A stretch of DNA of 64,000 nucleotides. It comes from Octopus vulgaris. Taxonomy: Eukaryota. Both the position numbers and the translations under genes were made by a program. Of this stretch, positions 13,443 to 27,346 are shown one piece after another. Position 1 is the first letter of the stretch. The number at the start of each line of letters is the position of its first letter. The stretch lies in NCBI GenBank assembly GCA_951406725.2, contig OX597815.1:77128001-77192000 (forward strand). Direction: 5' to 3'. Below the pieces are notes generated by a model that was given only the letters and a program-made list of their open reading frames with translations, was not told where the DNA came from and did no database searches.

Positions 13443-13689
13443 ATATGTATGTATGTATATGACATAGCTGTATAATATATATTTCATGATAACATATATT
13501 CTCCGATTTTAAGCGACAATTTTTAAATACAAACAAATGACCGAAAAATTATGAGCTAACCCAACCCAGAATCAAACCCCCAAATCAACGCTTACACGGT
13601 TCCTTACGCATCAATGGGGTCAAACCCGCACCCATCAATTTCAGCCAAATTTTATGAATATATATTTAAATTCCAAAGGTTTCTTTTTT

Positions 13690-13840
13690 ATTCTTTTTCT
13701 GTTTGTTTCCTCGTGTTCCTTTCTGTTGAAGAGCGTAGGCTCGAAACGTAAAAGACTTTCTCACCTTCCTGAGCGTCAAATTAATACACTTTCCTGTTGT
13801 TTATACACCTGTCTTCGTCTATTGTTTTTCTGTAAATTTC

Positions 13841-13845
<5 letters not shown>
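13690..13845 (+). mobile_element. Solo PLE terminal-repeat (pLTR) fragment with a hammerhead-like motif (13718-13755)
   Basis: cctttCTGTTGAAgagcgtaggctcGAAAcgTAaaaga, similar to the pLTR of the element at 35530-40471. Paralog at about 61865-62020. Confidence 0.75.
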
Positions 13846-13928
<83 letters not shown>

Positions 13929-14120
13929 GTGTGTGTGTGTGTGTATTATGTGTATACTTTTACAAGGAAACGTTGACTATGACTTCGAAGTTTTGGCTTG
14001 GTCACCATCATCAAAGTATGACAACTGATAAAAGTATTGAGTTCTCTACTAGAAACTATTGAGTAATTCTTCAGTTTAAAGTTAAATTGTTTTTATATAT
14101 AACATGACTTTAAAACAAAC

Positions 14121-14153
<33 letters not shown>

Positions 14154-15662
14154 TAGATGTTATGTATAACTTCATATCTTTCTCGTCTTTGCTACCAGGA
14201 GTATTTTGAACAATGCCTTGTCCCTTACCTTTTGCATAGAGGCAATTTCCTCAGTTTAGCAGCGTTGAACTGCTTTGATCTCTGCTGTCAGTTTTAGTGT
14301 ACACAGCGACCATAATTGAAAACAATAATCTAGATCACTTAGAACATCCACCACACGACTAATATGGTTTCTTGTTCTACGTTTTAAATCATCCTAGAAA
14401 CCATCCCGCCATCTACACCGTTTTCAGGCAAGAGTAGGATAATTGCCTGACGACCACGTGGGTCAATAGTTTGCTGTCAATTAATAAATAGAATAGGTAC
14501 CATTCAATCACTTTGCTCGAGGATGGGGATATAATGCTGTTAATACAGTTCCACCCACTAGTCGTCTGCACGTTGTTACCATCTGGAAAATTCTCACATG
14601 CAACTATACATCATTACTCCCCTTGATCCCTAGGTCACACACTGATTGTGATTCAAGGACTGCAGTCTCTCCTGGCTGCAGATATTAGTAGCAATGCGTT
14701 AGAGGGCTGATAGTGACATTTTTTGTAATTTTCCGTACTGTTTTCTTCAAATCACTTGCATATTGTTTGAGCCCTTTCGTTAAGTAGAACATAATGAATT
14801 TTAAGGTGTATTAGGCCATAAATTTATGAAAGCACTTAATGATGCAAATCTCGGGATTAAAGTAGTTGAGAAAGAAGGAAACCCATCAGATCACAATAAG
14901 ACATACTCTGTCGATAGGACCACCATATTAATAGATCAAACCTAAAACTAGAATATGATATATAAGATAAAATGCATAGCGGGTGAATGTTGGAACTCTA
15001 TCACATCTTGCAAAGGGAAACCGCGCACAATTTGGCTGAAAAGATGGAGGTCACTGGCAAAAATATAGAGATAGAAAACCCACATTAGTCTCTACCAATA
15101 TGACGACACACTGAATAATATAATAGTCATAATTATATCGACATATCTATATGACGATACATGACGACAGATACATGAAGCTATACATATAAGAAATCGT
15201 CAGCCAATACTTAACGTAAAATGCAAAATATCAATGAGCTCCACCACTACCACCACCACTAATACTCGAACATAATCCTGCAGCATCACCACTCTATCAC
15301 AGCTATATGAAGACGCGTGTGTGTCAGGTACACATGACTCCCTGTGCCATGGATGCATGCGAGTAAGCATATGAATCCAAATATGATATTGATAGACATG
15401 GTGCCAATCAGGTACCATACTAGAAGTGGTTAAACATTCTCTTCTCCCCCACTTCCTAGCCTTGTACCTATGTTGGCATGATTCGTATAACCTAAGGCAT
15501 ATTAGAAATGTATTTATAAATAGTAGATTATGTATTCGTGAGCGTAATACATATTTAGAAGAATTAGCAATGATCACACTACCACTATCTGACACAGATA
15601 CATATGCCCTGGCATCACTATATCGTTGGGTAGATACATGTGAGTCTTAGCAGGTGTGCGTA

Positions 15663-15762
<100 letters not shown>

Positions 15763-15990
15763 CATACAACCAGCCAACCATGGAAATAGAAATACAATGT
15801 GTCCAAAAGAAAAGGGCGAAGGACCATCATATACGCACACTTATATACGCATAACCTTAAATTTTATAAAAAGAAGTAACAGAGACTTAAAAACAACGAG
15901 ACAGACGTGGAGGAACAAAGGAATATCACTGATAGGTTAGGATGGCGATGGAAGGACTGATAGTCCAACTAGATTTTGATTGATTGATTG

Positions 15991-16036
<46 letters not shown>

Positions 16037-16199
16037 CGATTGAACAAACGATTATTAAGCAATCAATTAGTTGCTTGGCTCATTAGTTATGTAGTGAAAT
16101 AGAAACAGTGCATGTGTTACTTATTGGCAAAATGCCTCCGCCCCAACAAAATATAGAATATCAGTTTCAACACGATCTTATTAGCAGACTGGGATGCTC

Positions 16200-17370
16200 T
16201 CAATCATGATCTTTCACAAGTTGATTGGGCCTTCACGCACGCATACACCCCTTCTAATATAAACACATCATGGCAGACATTTGTAGGTACTGTGACAAAT
16301 ATATGCGCAAAACATACTCCATTAAGATCAGTATACAAATCTAAGTGCAGAACCCCTAGAAATAGAAGAACAATTATCAGAAAAATAAAAGAATTAACAA
16401 GAAAATCAACCAACTGAAATACTGCCATCAGCAACGCACCCATTCGACTGCCATTGCATCACACGAATCGAAAAAACCACGACCTCCAAAAAAGCCTGAT
16501 GACCATCATTAACAGTCAAAGAGCAGCTGAATAGAGTTGGACCATTGAGAAAATAAAACTTAATCCCAAAATGTTCTTACAATTTTCAAAACAACATAAA
16601 GACGCTGTTTCCACTTTTGGTCCACTGGTTGACGAGAACAACACTCTACATGATGATGCAAAATTCATGTACGAGATACTGCAGAGACTATACTGTTCTG
16701 TCTTCAGTAACGATAATGCGTTTGATCTGGTTAGTATCAGTGATGTAAACCCTAAACTAACCATATCTGACATAACTTTTGGTGCTCCTGATATCCTAAC
16801 AGAAATAGATAAGATGAAGCACAACTCGGCAGTAAGTCCCGATAAGTTCCCGGTCACTGTCCTGAAGATATGTCGACATCAAATTACACCCCCTCTAGCT
16901 GAGCTCTGGAGAAACTCACTTGATGCATGCTACATTCCTGATCATTTTTTTTCCCAGTCTGTCGTTCCAGTCTTCAAAAAGGGAAATAAATCTCTTGCAG
17001 TGAACTACCGTCCGATTTCACTCATTTCTCATATCACTAAAGTATTTGAGAGGGTGGTGAGATCGCGAATAACTCACTTTCTCGAAGACAACAATCTGAT
17101 GAACACCAACCAGCATTGTTTCCGTGAGCTTCTGCACCATTTTGATGACATCTTAAAAGCTTTGGGAGAAGGCTCCAACACTGACGTCATATACCTTGAT
17201 TTCAGCAAGGCATTTGACAGAGGGGACCACAAAATCCTGCTGAGGAAACTGACCAACATTGGAGCCTGTGCAAAGTTGCTGCAGTAGATAAAGTGTTTCC
17301 TGACGAACAGAACCCAACATGTTGTGTTTGAGGGAATACGATCCAGCTTAGCCAAAGTCAGTAGTGGTGT
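16200..17370 (+). mobile_element. Degraded LINE RT fragment (CR1/L2/Jockey group)
   Basis: ORF 16571-17287 contains VVPVFKKG, NYRPISLISHITKVFE and DVIYLDFSKAFD, with an internal deletion and a stop. Confidence 0.85.
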
Positions 17371-17429
17371 CTGCATGTGTATAAGAATTTATATGTACAT
17401 ATGTATTTGTGTTTGTATATGTATGTGTG

Positions 17430-17463
<34 letters not shown>

Positions 17464-17499
17464 TGTATGTATGTATGTATGTATGTATTTAACCTTGTT

Positions 17500-17690
17500 C
17501 TCAGGGAGATTTGGCATGACGTAGAATGTAACAAGGTTGGCCCTTTGAAATGCAGGTACGACTCATTTTGTCAGGTGATTGGACTAGAACAACGTAAAAA
17601 AGTGTTTTACTCAATGATACAACGCGCCGCTGGGGATCGAAATCACGACTTTATGATCATGAGCCGAATACCCTAATCATTATACCATAC
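17500..17690 (-). mobile_element. tRNA-derived SINE relic
   Basis: Minus strand has an A-box-like head and gatttcgatcccc (B-box-like). Related to 19562 and 32620. Confidence 0.5.
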
Positions 17691-17742
17691 CCTTTCATTA
17701 TACATGTATACGTACATATATATTCATATATATGTATGTATG

Positions 17743-17779
<37 letters not shown>

Positions 17780-19561
17780 ATTACGCATATTCCCAGCATT
17801 AACAAGGTATTAAACATACTTAGAATATCGCTTACTTTTCTATTCCAATCTTTTAGCTGATAGTTATATTTCTGATTTTATCGAATGTTTCAAATATAAT
17901 GCGAATACATATCTAAACCTTACTTTTCTCAGATTTTTATGATGTGTGAAGCTTTTGAAACTGTTTTAATGATGATTTATTGTTTGTGGCTCTAGGAAAT
18001 ACTATCCTTTTTGTTTTTACTGTAGACATTTTCTTGCAATTTTAAATTGCTAGGCAACACTTACAACTGAATTAACCCTAACACAAATCCGTTATATTCA
18101 GCCAGAGCTCTGGAGTTGACTATTTCTTGTTCTGGAATTTGATACGCTGATGAAAAGAAATGCTTGCTTAGCCGAACCCCTGAGTATGCTATAGGGAGCT
18201 GATAATGAGAAGAACACGGTTTGCTCTGTTCAACTCCAGCAACTCTTACGGACTGTGGCACTTGTTGAGACAAAAGAAAAAGGTATTGTAAAATGAAGGT
18301 TCTTGAACTGAAATGGCATAACTGATGGGTTGAAGGGAATACGTGGACTGAAAGTATCTTTTGTCTTGCATCATTATATACTTTCAAATTATGTAACAGT
18401 ATATTGGCTGCTCCTACTTTCAGCTGGAGACAGTTTGGAAAAGAGTTGAGAAATTTTGTTGCATCATTAACGTCAACTATGGTATGAACTGACTTGTACT
18501 GTCTGGATTAGGTTGGTATCTGTTAAATGATAGTAGTAATAATATCCTGCACAATATCATCCTTGGAATCTACTATTGTTTGAATGTATTTGCATCCTCT
18601 ACACGTTGATTTCTTAGGTTCTATTAGGGAGACTTTGATCAATAAGCTATATCTGACCATAACTTTAAATGGTGAGTGAGGGATATTTTGTGCCACTCCG
18701 TGACACAAAAGCAGTGAAATCTTTTTTTTCCTTAAAAAAATACAATCTATCTGGAAATGAGCAATCCAGTGAGTCTTTTTTTTTGTCACGTCGAATGACC
18801 ACATAATGTCTTTCTGTTGGTTCGTAGCTACAATGGTTGTTATTTTTGTTTCGTTTATGGTCGGCCCTGACTAAACAGACCTTTGATCGAAAGCATTCTA
18901 ACCAGGATCGTTCCTTCTATTGTTTCATGCACATTGTATCTAACACAACATTATCGAATGTAGTCTTACTTTACCACCATTTTAAAGAAAGTAATATGTG
19001 ATTTTTTTTCGATGTTTTGTTGATATTTCTACAAGGAAGCGACTACATAAAGACTCAAATGTACACAGGATTTTATATTTTTGTAGAGATATTTAGTAGA
19101 AATATTATTTAAGAATGCCGTTTCCATGGTCAAAAATAACATGAAATCGTTCACCGCAATTATCTATCCAGCTGAAGTGTCGTTGCAATAAACTAAGATC
19201 TATTAATAAAAATTAACTAAATATTTGGTCAAGCTGAAATTATAATTAGTAAGAGATAGAAAGATTAATCATTCATCTTTGTTAAATTCTTTTTCGACGT
19301 ACGAATAAGATTGCGTTCATGATTTCTCCAAGAACACAGACAATTTTAAAACAACTTTTTAATAAATATTTCTTCCAATAGTTAAAGAAAAGAGGAAAAT
19401 TTTTTCCAAAACCTCTATAAACTTTCCCAATCTGGTAAGCATACGATTGATGTCCAGTTTGATGACTGATGGAGAAAAATATGAACGGCAAGAGGTTATT
19501 CTAGATGTGTATACTTCTGAGACAAGAGGATTGGGTAAAGTGGAAGAAAGTAAGGATGGTG

Positions 19562-19795
19562 TGGAAAGCGCGTGGCTTAGGGGTTAGAGCGTTTCATTCA
19601 CGATCATAAGATCATGGTTTCGATTCCTGGACCGCGCGATGCGTTGTGTTTTTGAGTAAAATATAGTCCACTCAGCTGTAGATGAGTACCCCTGCGATGG
19701 ATTGGCATTCCGTCCAAGAGGAATGTTCTGATCTCGGTCACTTATAGCCCACGTAAACAGAGCATCCCTGCTGATGAGCTCTAGTGTTCAAGACA
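19562..19795 (+). mobile_element. tRNA-derived SINE
   Basis: gcgtggcttaggggttagagcg (A box) … ggtttcgattcc (B box), followed by a SINE body. Confidence 0.65.
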
Positions 19796-20377
19796 GCACA
19801 CACACACTCACACATGCATGGTTTGGAAGACAAGAGGAAAGAAACGGGTATGTCTCAATTGCTTAGGTGGACGGATGAATATGCAGTCACTTAGTCAAAA
19901 ATAGAAACAGATGTAGTAACAAGAAAAATAGAGGAAAATGAGAAGAAACAGTATATCTGTTTGCAAAATGTAGATGTTTTGTTGTACAAGAATAACTGCT
20001 GTTGCCGAAATAGTATCGCGACACCGCCACACAAGGTCACCTGATTTCCATACAGCTCTTTCTTTCTTTATATTCTTATTGAATCCAGCTCATCAGCCAT
20101 CATCTAAGCTCTGCAACAATCCCTTCCAAACAAAGTCAACCCTCTGGAATTCTGCCCTTGTTCATATTTTTCCTGTTACCATCAACTGGAATATTTTTGT
20201 AACGTTGATCGCGTTCATCTCACCGATCCAAGAGAACCTGCGAAGGCCAGGGAAACTGCACTTCCCTTCAGACTAAACTATTTAAATAAAAACACCATAT
20301 CGGTGTATATAACATATCAATGTGTGTGTGCGTGTGTGTGTGTGTGTGTGTCTGTGTGTGTGTGTGTGTGTTTGTGT

Positions 20378-20493
<116 letters not shown>

Positions 20494-20635
20494 TCTCATA
20501 TGACAACCTTTTCGGAGATGAGAACAGAATCGATGTTTTGGACGTTCTCTTCTCAGTAAGACATGTCATTTAGCTTATCCGCCTCCATAACAACTGCTTA
20601 AAAAAAGAATCCTAATTAAAACACAAATTTTTATA

Positions 20636-21030
20636 TCTATATATATAAAAGTGAGGTTGTGTGCTGTCTGTCTCCTACGATTTAGATTCCTAACTACTCC
20701 CACATTTTGCGATGCAGTTTAACCAAAACCGGGTATCTTATAGTCGTGTTTCATATCGAGCCCTTCTGGGTATTAGCGCGCGTCTACGATGAGTCTACGA
20801 TTTAAAAAAAATTTACCATCAATTTTTCCCATTTTTAATGCATTTTTGGCATATATAAGGGAAGTAACTCTCTAAAAATGTATTATTAAATCTCAGAACG
20901 TAAAAAGCTACAGTAACACCCCACCTTTGTGGTTAGCCATATTGAGATGGCTATTATACTTTACATCTCTAAAAATGCTTATATAGTTATTTCCCTTACA
21001 AACCCGAGCAACGCCGGGCGATACTGCTAG
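20636..21030 (+). mobile_element. Non-autonomous Helitron in FABP intron 1
   Basis: 5' TC(tatatatataaaa), 3' hairpin cccgagcaacgccggg followed by CTAG. Inserted between A and T with no TSD. Confidence 0.85.
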
Positions 21031-21155
21031 TAAGATATAAATGTTAAACAATTATCCTTTCCACGAAAAAGTCAAAACAGCGCTTATATTTGCAATGTAA
21101 TACAAAGTTTTCACAGTAACCAGATAGTATTTTTTCTTTATTTCCTAATTTTTAG

Positions 21156-21337
21156 TCGGCGTTTCCGATAAAGTGAAAGACTACCTGATAAATATGCTTA
21201 GCAAATTTGTAATCGGTCGAAGCGGAGATCAATATTCTATAACCCATAGCTGTGAAGATCCACAACTAACAAAGACCTACATTTTCGATCTTGACGAGCC
21301 ACTGGAATCGACTGATATTTTTGGTCGAAAATTTAAG
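21156..21337 (+). CDS. FABP/iLBP-like gene, exon 2 (VGVSDKVKDYL…FDLDEPLESTDIFGRKFK, 182 nt)
   Basis: Polypyrimidine tract plus tttag acceptor and AAG|gtaata donor. Phase 1->0 joins exon 1 in frame, and it shows the FABP-like F.L.E..E.T..GRK.K pattern. Confidence 0.9.
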
Positions 21338-21421
21338 GTAATATATTTTATATTGTATTTTCTTGAAATATGTTGCTGTCGTCATCGTAGCTGTAGGAAT
21401 ATGGCTACTCTCTAATACATG

Positions 21422-21468
<47 letters not shown>

Positions 21469-21539
21469 ATCTCTATCTCTATCTCTCCCCTTGCTAATCT
21501 TTATTTTTTTCATTTTTTCTTCATTTGTTTTTGCATCAG

Positions 21540-21650
21540 AGCATTTTCAAATTGGTTAATCCTAACTATCTGACTGAAACCTGCACTGAATGGACTGATG
21601 GTGTTATTGAGTGTACGTACGAAATAACAGGTGGTGATACCATGACGTGG
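21540..21650 (+). CDS. FABP/iLBP-like gene, exon 3 (SIFKLVNPNYLTETCTEWTDGVIECTYEITGGDTMTW, 111 nt)
   Basis: Long polypyrimidine tract plus cag acceptor and TGG|gtgagt donor. Phase 0->0 with an open frame. Confidence 0.88.
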
Positions 21651-21824
21651 GTGAGTATACTATTACTATTATGAAAGTAACTGCAGCCGAACCTGCCAGA
21701 GATGTGCACAGGGCGACGAAACTGTTCTGCAAACAATCGCCCAGTGTCTAAAAATTACTGACTTACGTAATCCCATTACGTATAAACTCTAAATTTATCG
21801 AGGCCAAGTTTGCTTTTCAAATTT

Positions 21825-22187
21825 AATAATAATAATGAAATTATTGTATACAGTGCTCAGGTGCAACACAACTTGTCAAAAGTGTGTATAAAGCATATGT
21901 AGTAATGTACAAATGTCTGGAAAGTGAACAGTGTATGAGTCAGTTACACGCTTGCGTGTGTGTGGAAGAGAGAAAATCAGGTGTAGTGTTGGCGAATCTC
22001 AGGAAGCATGGAAGTTTTGAAGGATGCAGTGCTCCGACAACTAACAACTGATGCCGGCAGTTTGTTCCATGCTTCAGCAACTCTTAGCGTGAAAAAAATG
22101 TTTCCGAAAGTTATGAAAGCTGTGCTGTTTTCTGACTTTGTAAACATGTCCACGAGTGTTAGACAGGTGGACTTTGAAAAGGTGCTC
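21825..22187 (-). mobile_element. CR1-type LINE 3' end
   Basis: Minus-strand translation TRGHVYKV…RKHFFTLRVAEAWNKLPASVV is the classic CR1 C-terminus. It has a (TTA)n tail. Confidence 0.85.
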
Positions 22188-22224
22188 TAAATAAAATACC
22201 AGTTAGGTACACCCTATGTTAGAA

Positions 22225-22590
<366 letters not shown>

Positions 22591-22756
22591 TTCAACATTT
22601 GGAAATTTCAGGCAAATTTCTACTGCATCACCTGCTACACCTCGTGTTGCTGGGGTGTTTGCAGTATTGTGTGTTCATTTTTGTTGTTGGGAGTCTGCAA
22701 ACTCGTCCCAGTATTGTATTGTGTCAGTTTTTTTATGGGCTGTGCTGCAGTCTTTT

Positions 22757-23055
22757 AATTATTATTATTATTATATGAAAACACAAAACTTATTTTGATG
22801 AGTATGATGGAAAGTGTCAGCTGTCCACATCCAGCAGACTAAGGTGACATTTGTTTATTGGTCATGCTTCAAGAACCCCGCGAAGAATTCTTGTAGTTCC
22901 AAGCAATGCTGAATTTTGTAAGTGTTCTACCTTTACACTTGCACCAATCTTTTTCAACCATGTTGGTAGTTGAGTGCTGATACTTCCAAGTGCACCACTT
23001 ACTATTTGTATCACGTCTACTCTCTTCATTGACCACAACTTTCATATTTCCCACT
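22757..23055 (-). mobile_element. 3' end of an RLE-type LINE
   Basis: Minus frame IVSGALGSIST…LQNSALLGTTRILRGVLEA*, followed by a (TAA)n tail. Confidence 0.75.
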
Positions 23056-24152
23056 TTAAATCGTCATAGTTGTTTACTTTTACTTCTTTCACATTGATCG
23101 TGGTAAGTAATTCTAAACTGATGAATACAGTCTTTCAACAATACATTATCAATCTGTTTGGCGAGAAATGAGCTTTAAAGCCTAATACATTGGCTTTTCA
23201 CGAATATATGGGGTGGTACTAAACACCCATATTACTATATTAAGGTAAGTGACAGACATAGGGAAGCTACTTAGAGACAAATTACTAAACTGTATGATCT
23301 TCTCTGTTCTAGTACGCCATATCTGTTCACCCCTGTTAAGGTTGATGTGTACCATTGTACCACTGCGGGGAACAGATTGAGAACATTCCTATTATGTGAG
23401 CCGAGTTATAGATAGATTTGGGGTGATATAATGAATATTTTTCATGCTTAATAACTGATAAATGCAGAGTTGAAGGTTTGGTCAATATGCCATAAGTAGT
23501 ATTCGAGCTTGCAGAAACCTTGCCAAAATAATCCCCTCTTCAGATCATACATCATAGAACAATGTGGTAGCAGATCTAGTGCTCGTAAGCCTACGGTCAA
23601 TCTAGATCAGTCGTAAGCGTAAGACGTTTTTGATCATTGGTTCCTTGCAGGTATCTTAAAAGAAACTATTGCTTAAATGTTATAATGGGGATGACAAATA
23701 ATTGGGTAAGATGCTAACACTTAACTACTTTATTTTGCCCTATTAAATATTTGAATAGTTTGGAATCCATTCTTTCTTTCGTTCCTTATGTTACCTTTCG
23801 TCAAAAAGTTAATATATTACTAGGGTCCGTTTTTAGAGATCTCAGAATGCTGTGACTTAAAAATCACGGGCATGACTCAAGACTTTTGACTCAGGACTCT
23901 TCGCAGTATTTAAGTACATTGTTTTAGAATTTGAGTTAGATTTTGACTTTAAACTTAATACCACCATTAGCATAGTTTATCGGGTTTTATATAGATACTG
24001 CCCGTTATCTAAATACACACAGTGTAGAATTCAGGTGCGCTTCGTTATTTAACAATGCTCAGATCGAGTCTTCAATAGAAATAACTATATTGATGTGTAC
24101 GCATATGTAAATACATTCCAGTTGTATATTTATTAATATCTCTACGGTTAAT

Positions 24153-24342
24153 AAGGCGTAGAGCTGGTAGAATCGTTAGCATAGCGGGCAAAATACTTAG
24201 CGGTATTTCGTCCGAGTTCTAAATTCAAATTCCGCCGAGGTCGACGTTGTCTTTCATCTTTTCGGGGTCCATAAAATAAGTACCAGTCAAGTACTAGGGT
24301 CGGTGTAATCGATTTACCCCCGAAATTGCTGGCCTTGTGCTG
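24153..24342 (+). mobile_element. tRNA-derived SINE (related pieces at 22438-22470 and 40728-40860)
   Basis: gagctggtagaatcgttagc head and ttcaaattccgccgaggtcg…aagtaccag…ggtcg body, repeated elsewhere in the window. Confidence 0.7.
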
Positions 24343-24450
24343 TCTCTACTTTTAATGTATGTTTCAGTTCGGTTTTTTCATTGATTATTTTCTACAATAT
24401 CATACAAAATGTTACCACTTACTAATTGACATGTTATTACTCCATTTTAG

Positions 24451-24507
24451 AAAGTGAACTATAAAGGACATACCAGCACCACAATCTTGAAAAAAGTTGC
24501 TTCCTAG
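24451..24507 (+). CDS. FABP/iLBP-like gene, exon 4 (KVNYKGHTSTTILKKVAS*, 57 nt)
   Basis: ctaat branch-like motif and ttttag acceptor. In-frame TAG gives a spliced CDS of 423 nt = 140 aa, the size expected for an FABP. Confidence 0.82.
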   Translation, partial: KVNYKGHTSTTILKKVAS

Positions 24508-24560
24508 ACATCAACTAAGAACAGCTACAATTCTTTCCTTCAAAATCAAACAGAAATTGA

Positions 24561-24566
24561 AATAAA
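24561..24566 (+). terminator. Polyadenylation signal AATAAA of the FABP-like gene
   Basis: 54 nt after the stop codon, followed by a T/GT-rich downstream tract. Confidence 0.6.
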
Positions 24567-25080
24567 TATTTCTTGAAACACAAGCACTTGTTTCTCTTTT
24601 CTTGAGCTGTTTGTTTTTGCTTAATTGCTTTTGTTTAGCATGGAAACCGATTTGACAGAAATGATACCTTGTTGTGTTAAATACCTTACTTACGCGTTCC
24701 TGAGTTCAAATCTTACACATTTATTTGCCTCCGATTCAATAGATAATAGATTCTTCCTTAAAAACTGAGATTTATCAGAACACAATACTAAAACAACCTG
24801 TAATGATGTGTTGTGGTAGAGACTCTGGTAAAACAACTTGCATGACTTTTTTCAATTTTAGGTCGAAGATAATTAATTTCACATAACATTCCTATTGCTT
24901 TAAGAAAAGTATTGACATCACATAATCCGGTTAAACGTAACATGAAATAGTAGTTGGGTAAGATTAGGATTCCCCAAGGACATCAATTGCATATGTAAAA
25001 TGAAATAGTTTTAAATGGAATCGAAACTGATTCGCTGATTCGTTGATCAGGCAGCTTTAATTAGACATTTATATTATTAA

Positions 25081-26766
25081 CTAGACTACCCGTGACCCGT
25101 TGGGTCACTGGCGGTTCAGGTTAAAAACACTGAAGCTGATTTCAACATTGCATTGAAATGAAAGTTGATTTTATGGTGATTCAGTTAAATATTTCAATTC
25201 GTTCGTGTCATCATAGGTCTGGTTTACAAGTTCATGTTTAAGGTTTTATTGATTATTTACAGCATCTAATAGAAATAGCACTTTCGCGATAGACTTGAAC
25301 TCCATTAACAGCGTTTCTTTATGGTATGTGTACAACCTTAAAAATGCAAAAGGAATTGTTATATACGTAAACGCAAAATTAATGGAAACAGTTTTCCCAT
25401 TTCAGGGTTATGTTACTTTCGGAGTATTTTCCTATTAGGCACCGTTTTGGTTATTTATGAAGGTACTCCCCACCAAAAGAAAACGCATATCTCGGGAATC
25501 TACAGTCCCATGTCTTATTCCGTTTGTATTCACATTTCAAGGGTACTTTACTTTCAAAATATTTTCCCATTATGCGCCGGATTGGCTGTATTAAACTACA
25601 GACAAGCACGCACGCAAGCAAGCACACAAACAAAACTGGCATAACTACACATAAATCTCGTTTGTTGAGTTTTGGTTTCACACCCAGCCCAGTTCTGCGC
25701 AATCAGTGTCGCGATAGGAACGCATGGGTTGGGAGTTTGACTGGCAGAGGTGATCAAGTTGCACATGCCAGCCCTTTTGACACCAACTCCCCTCACCTAA
25801 CACCCTCGTCCTATGAGTGAATAGCAATGATGAGAAGAAACGTGCTGATTCCGCCGAAAACGCAGAGCAATTAGAGCACAAAAAACAGCATTCAAAGTGA
25901 TTTTATGAATATGACGCATTGAAGCAAGTTACGCAGTAAGGTCAATAGTTATAAGTTCATGAGACATAGAAGCACGTAAGACATCAAGGTTAACTAAGGT
26001 ATAAATAATAGGTATGCTTTTTCGCGGAAGGCTAATTGGGTTCCCGACACTGAAACGGAGTCGGTTAGGTTCGGAACACAACTAAGCATTCAACTAAAAC
26101 CTAGACTAACCTTACGGAAAGGGGCTCGGGAGCCTCTAATATGCAGCTTCTTATCCCGATCTATCACTAACCCATCCTAGGGCTTCTAAATGATATGGCT
26201 GTAGAGTAAATTGGCTGTCGATATGTGCATGGCGAGTTTGTTTCGAAGGAGGACGACTGCATTGGATTAAGGACCATTGAAAAATGTAGCTTTGGAGATC
26301 CTAACTCGATAATTATTCTCTGCATTTCTCAAATCAAAAAAGCTTGCACGTTTCAAAGCCAAAACACATGATAACGCCTCTTCGCAAAACACAAAAATGC
26401 GCTGAGACATTCAGACTATCTGCAAATACGCACGCGCATTCAACTGTCAAGGGTAAAATTATCTCCGTCCAATCAAAAAACAGCTGGCAGTCTATTGGTA
26501 TATCTAGTTGTACGCACGCACCGCATACACATTTCTATGTTTTAGAGATTTTGAATGGATATGCCCATAACTTATGGGCATATGGGTTCGGTTTATCGAT
26601 TTTTTGAATGGCTTTCTGGGGTGACTGGAGAAATGAAAAGATCTTTATGACCACCCTCAGACGGTTTTGAAAGCCCATGGAAAATGCGAGCCTTTTACGT
26701 GAAAAACTGTGGATTTGTATAAAGGACACACAGATACACAGAAATTTTGCCGTTTATAGATATAGA
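25081..26766 (-). mobile_element. Non-autonomous Helitron (about 1.7 kb)
   Basis: Minus strand starts TCtatatctataaacggc and ends with the hairpin gtgacccaacgggtcac plus gtagtCTAG, followed by T. Confidence 0.75.
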
Positions 26767-26774
26767 GAAATATA

Positions 26775-26834
<60 letters not shown>

Positions 26835-26839
<5 letters not shown>

Positions 26840-27295
26840 GGTGTGTGGTAAGTAGCTTGCTAACTAACCACATGGTTCAGGGTTCAATCACACTGTGTGG
26901 CACCTTGGACAAGTGCCTTCTACTATAGCTTCGGGCCGACAAAAGCCTTGTGAGTGGATCTGGTAGACAGAAACTGAAAGAAGCCCGTCGCATATGTGTG
27001 TGTATGTGTGTGTGTGTGCGTGTGTGTGTGTGTGTGTGCGTGCGTGTGTGCGTGTGTATGTATGTATGTATGTATGTATGTATGTATGTATATTTGTGTA
27101 TGTGTGTTTGTCCTCCCAACATAGCTTGACAACCGATGCTGATGTGTTTACGTCCCTATAACTTAGCGGTTCGGAAAAAGAAACCGATAAAATAAGTACT
27201 AGGTTTACAAAGAATAGGTCCTGGGGTCGATCTGCTCGACTAAAGGTGGTGCTCCAGTATGGCTTCAGTCAAATGACTGAAACAAGTAAAAGATG
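26835..27295 (+). mobile_element. tRNA-derived SINE with an internal (TG)n tract
   Basis: gtggtaagtagcttgc…ggttcaatc head. Body pieces recur at 13060-13330, 35262-35440(-), 58024-58372(-), 29710-29830(-) and 11840-12062(-). Confidence 0.7.
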
Positions 27296-27303
27296 TGTAT
27301 GTA

Positions 27304-27344
<41 letters not shown>

Positions 27345-27346
<2 letters not shown>

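Noticed and set aside
17880-18810. Coding-like stretch with short minus-strand ORFs
   Set aside because: No recognisable motif or consistent frame. It may be a decayed transposon, but this cannot be supported.
19765-19795. CTGATGA as a hammerhead core
   Set aside because: No stem II plus GAAA downstream. It is a SINE tail.
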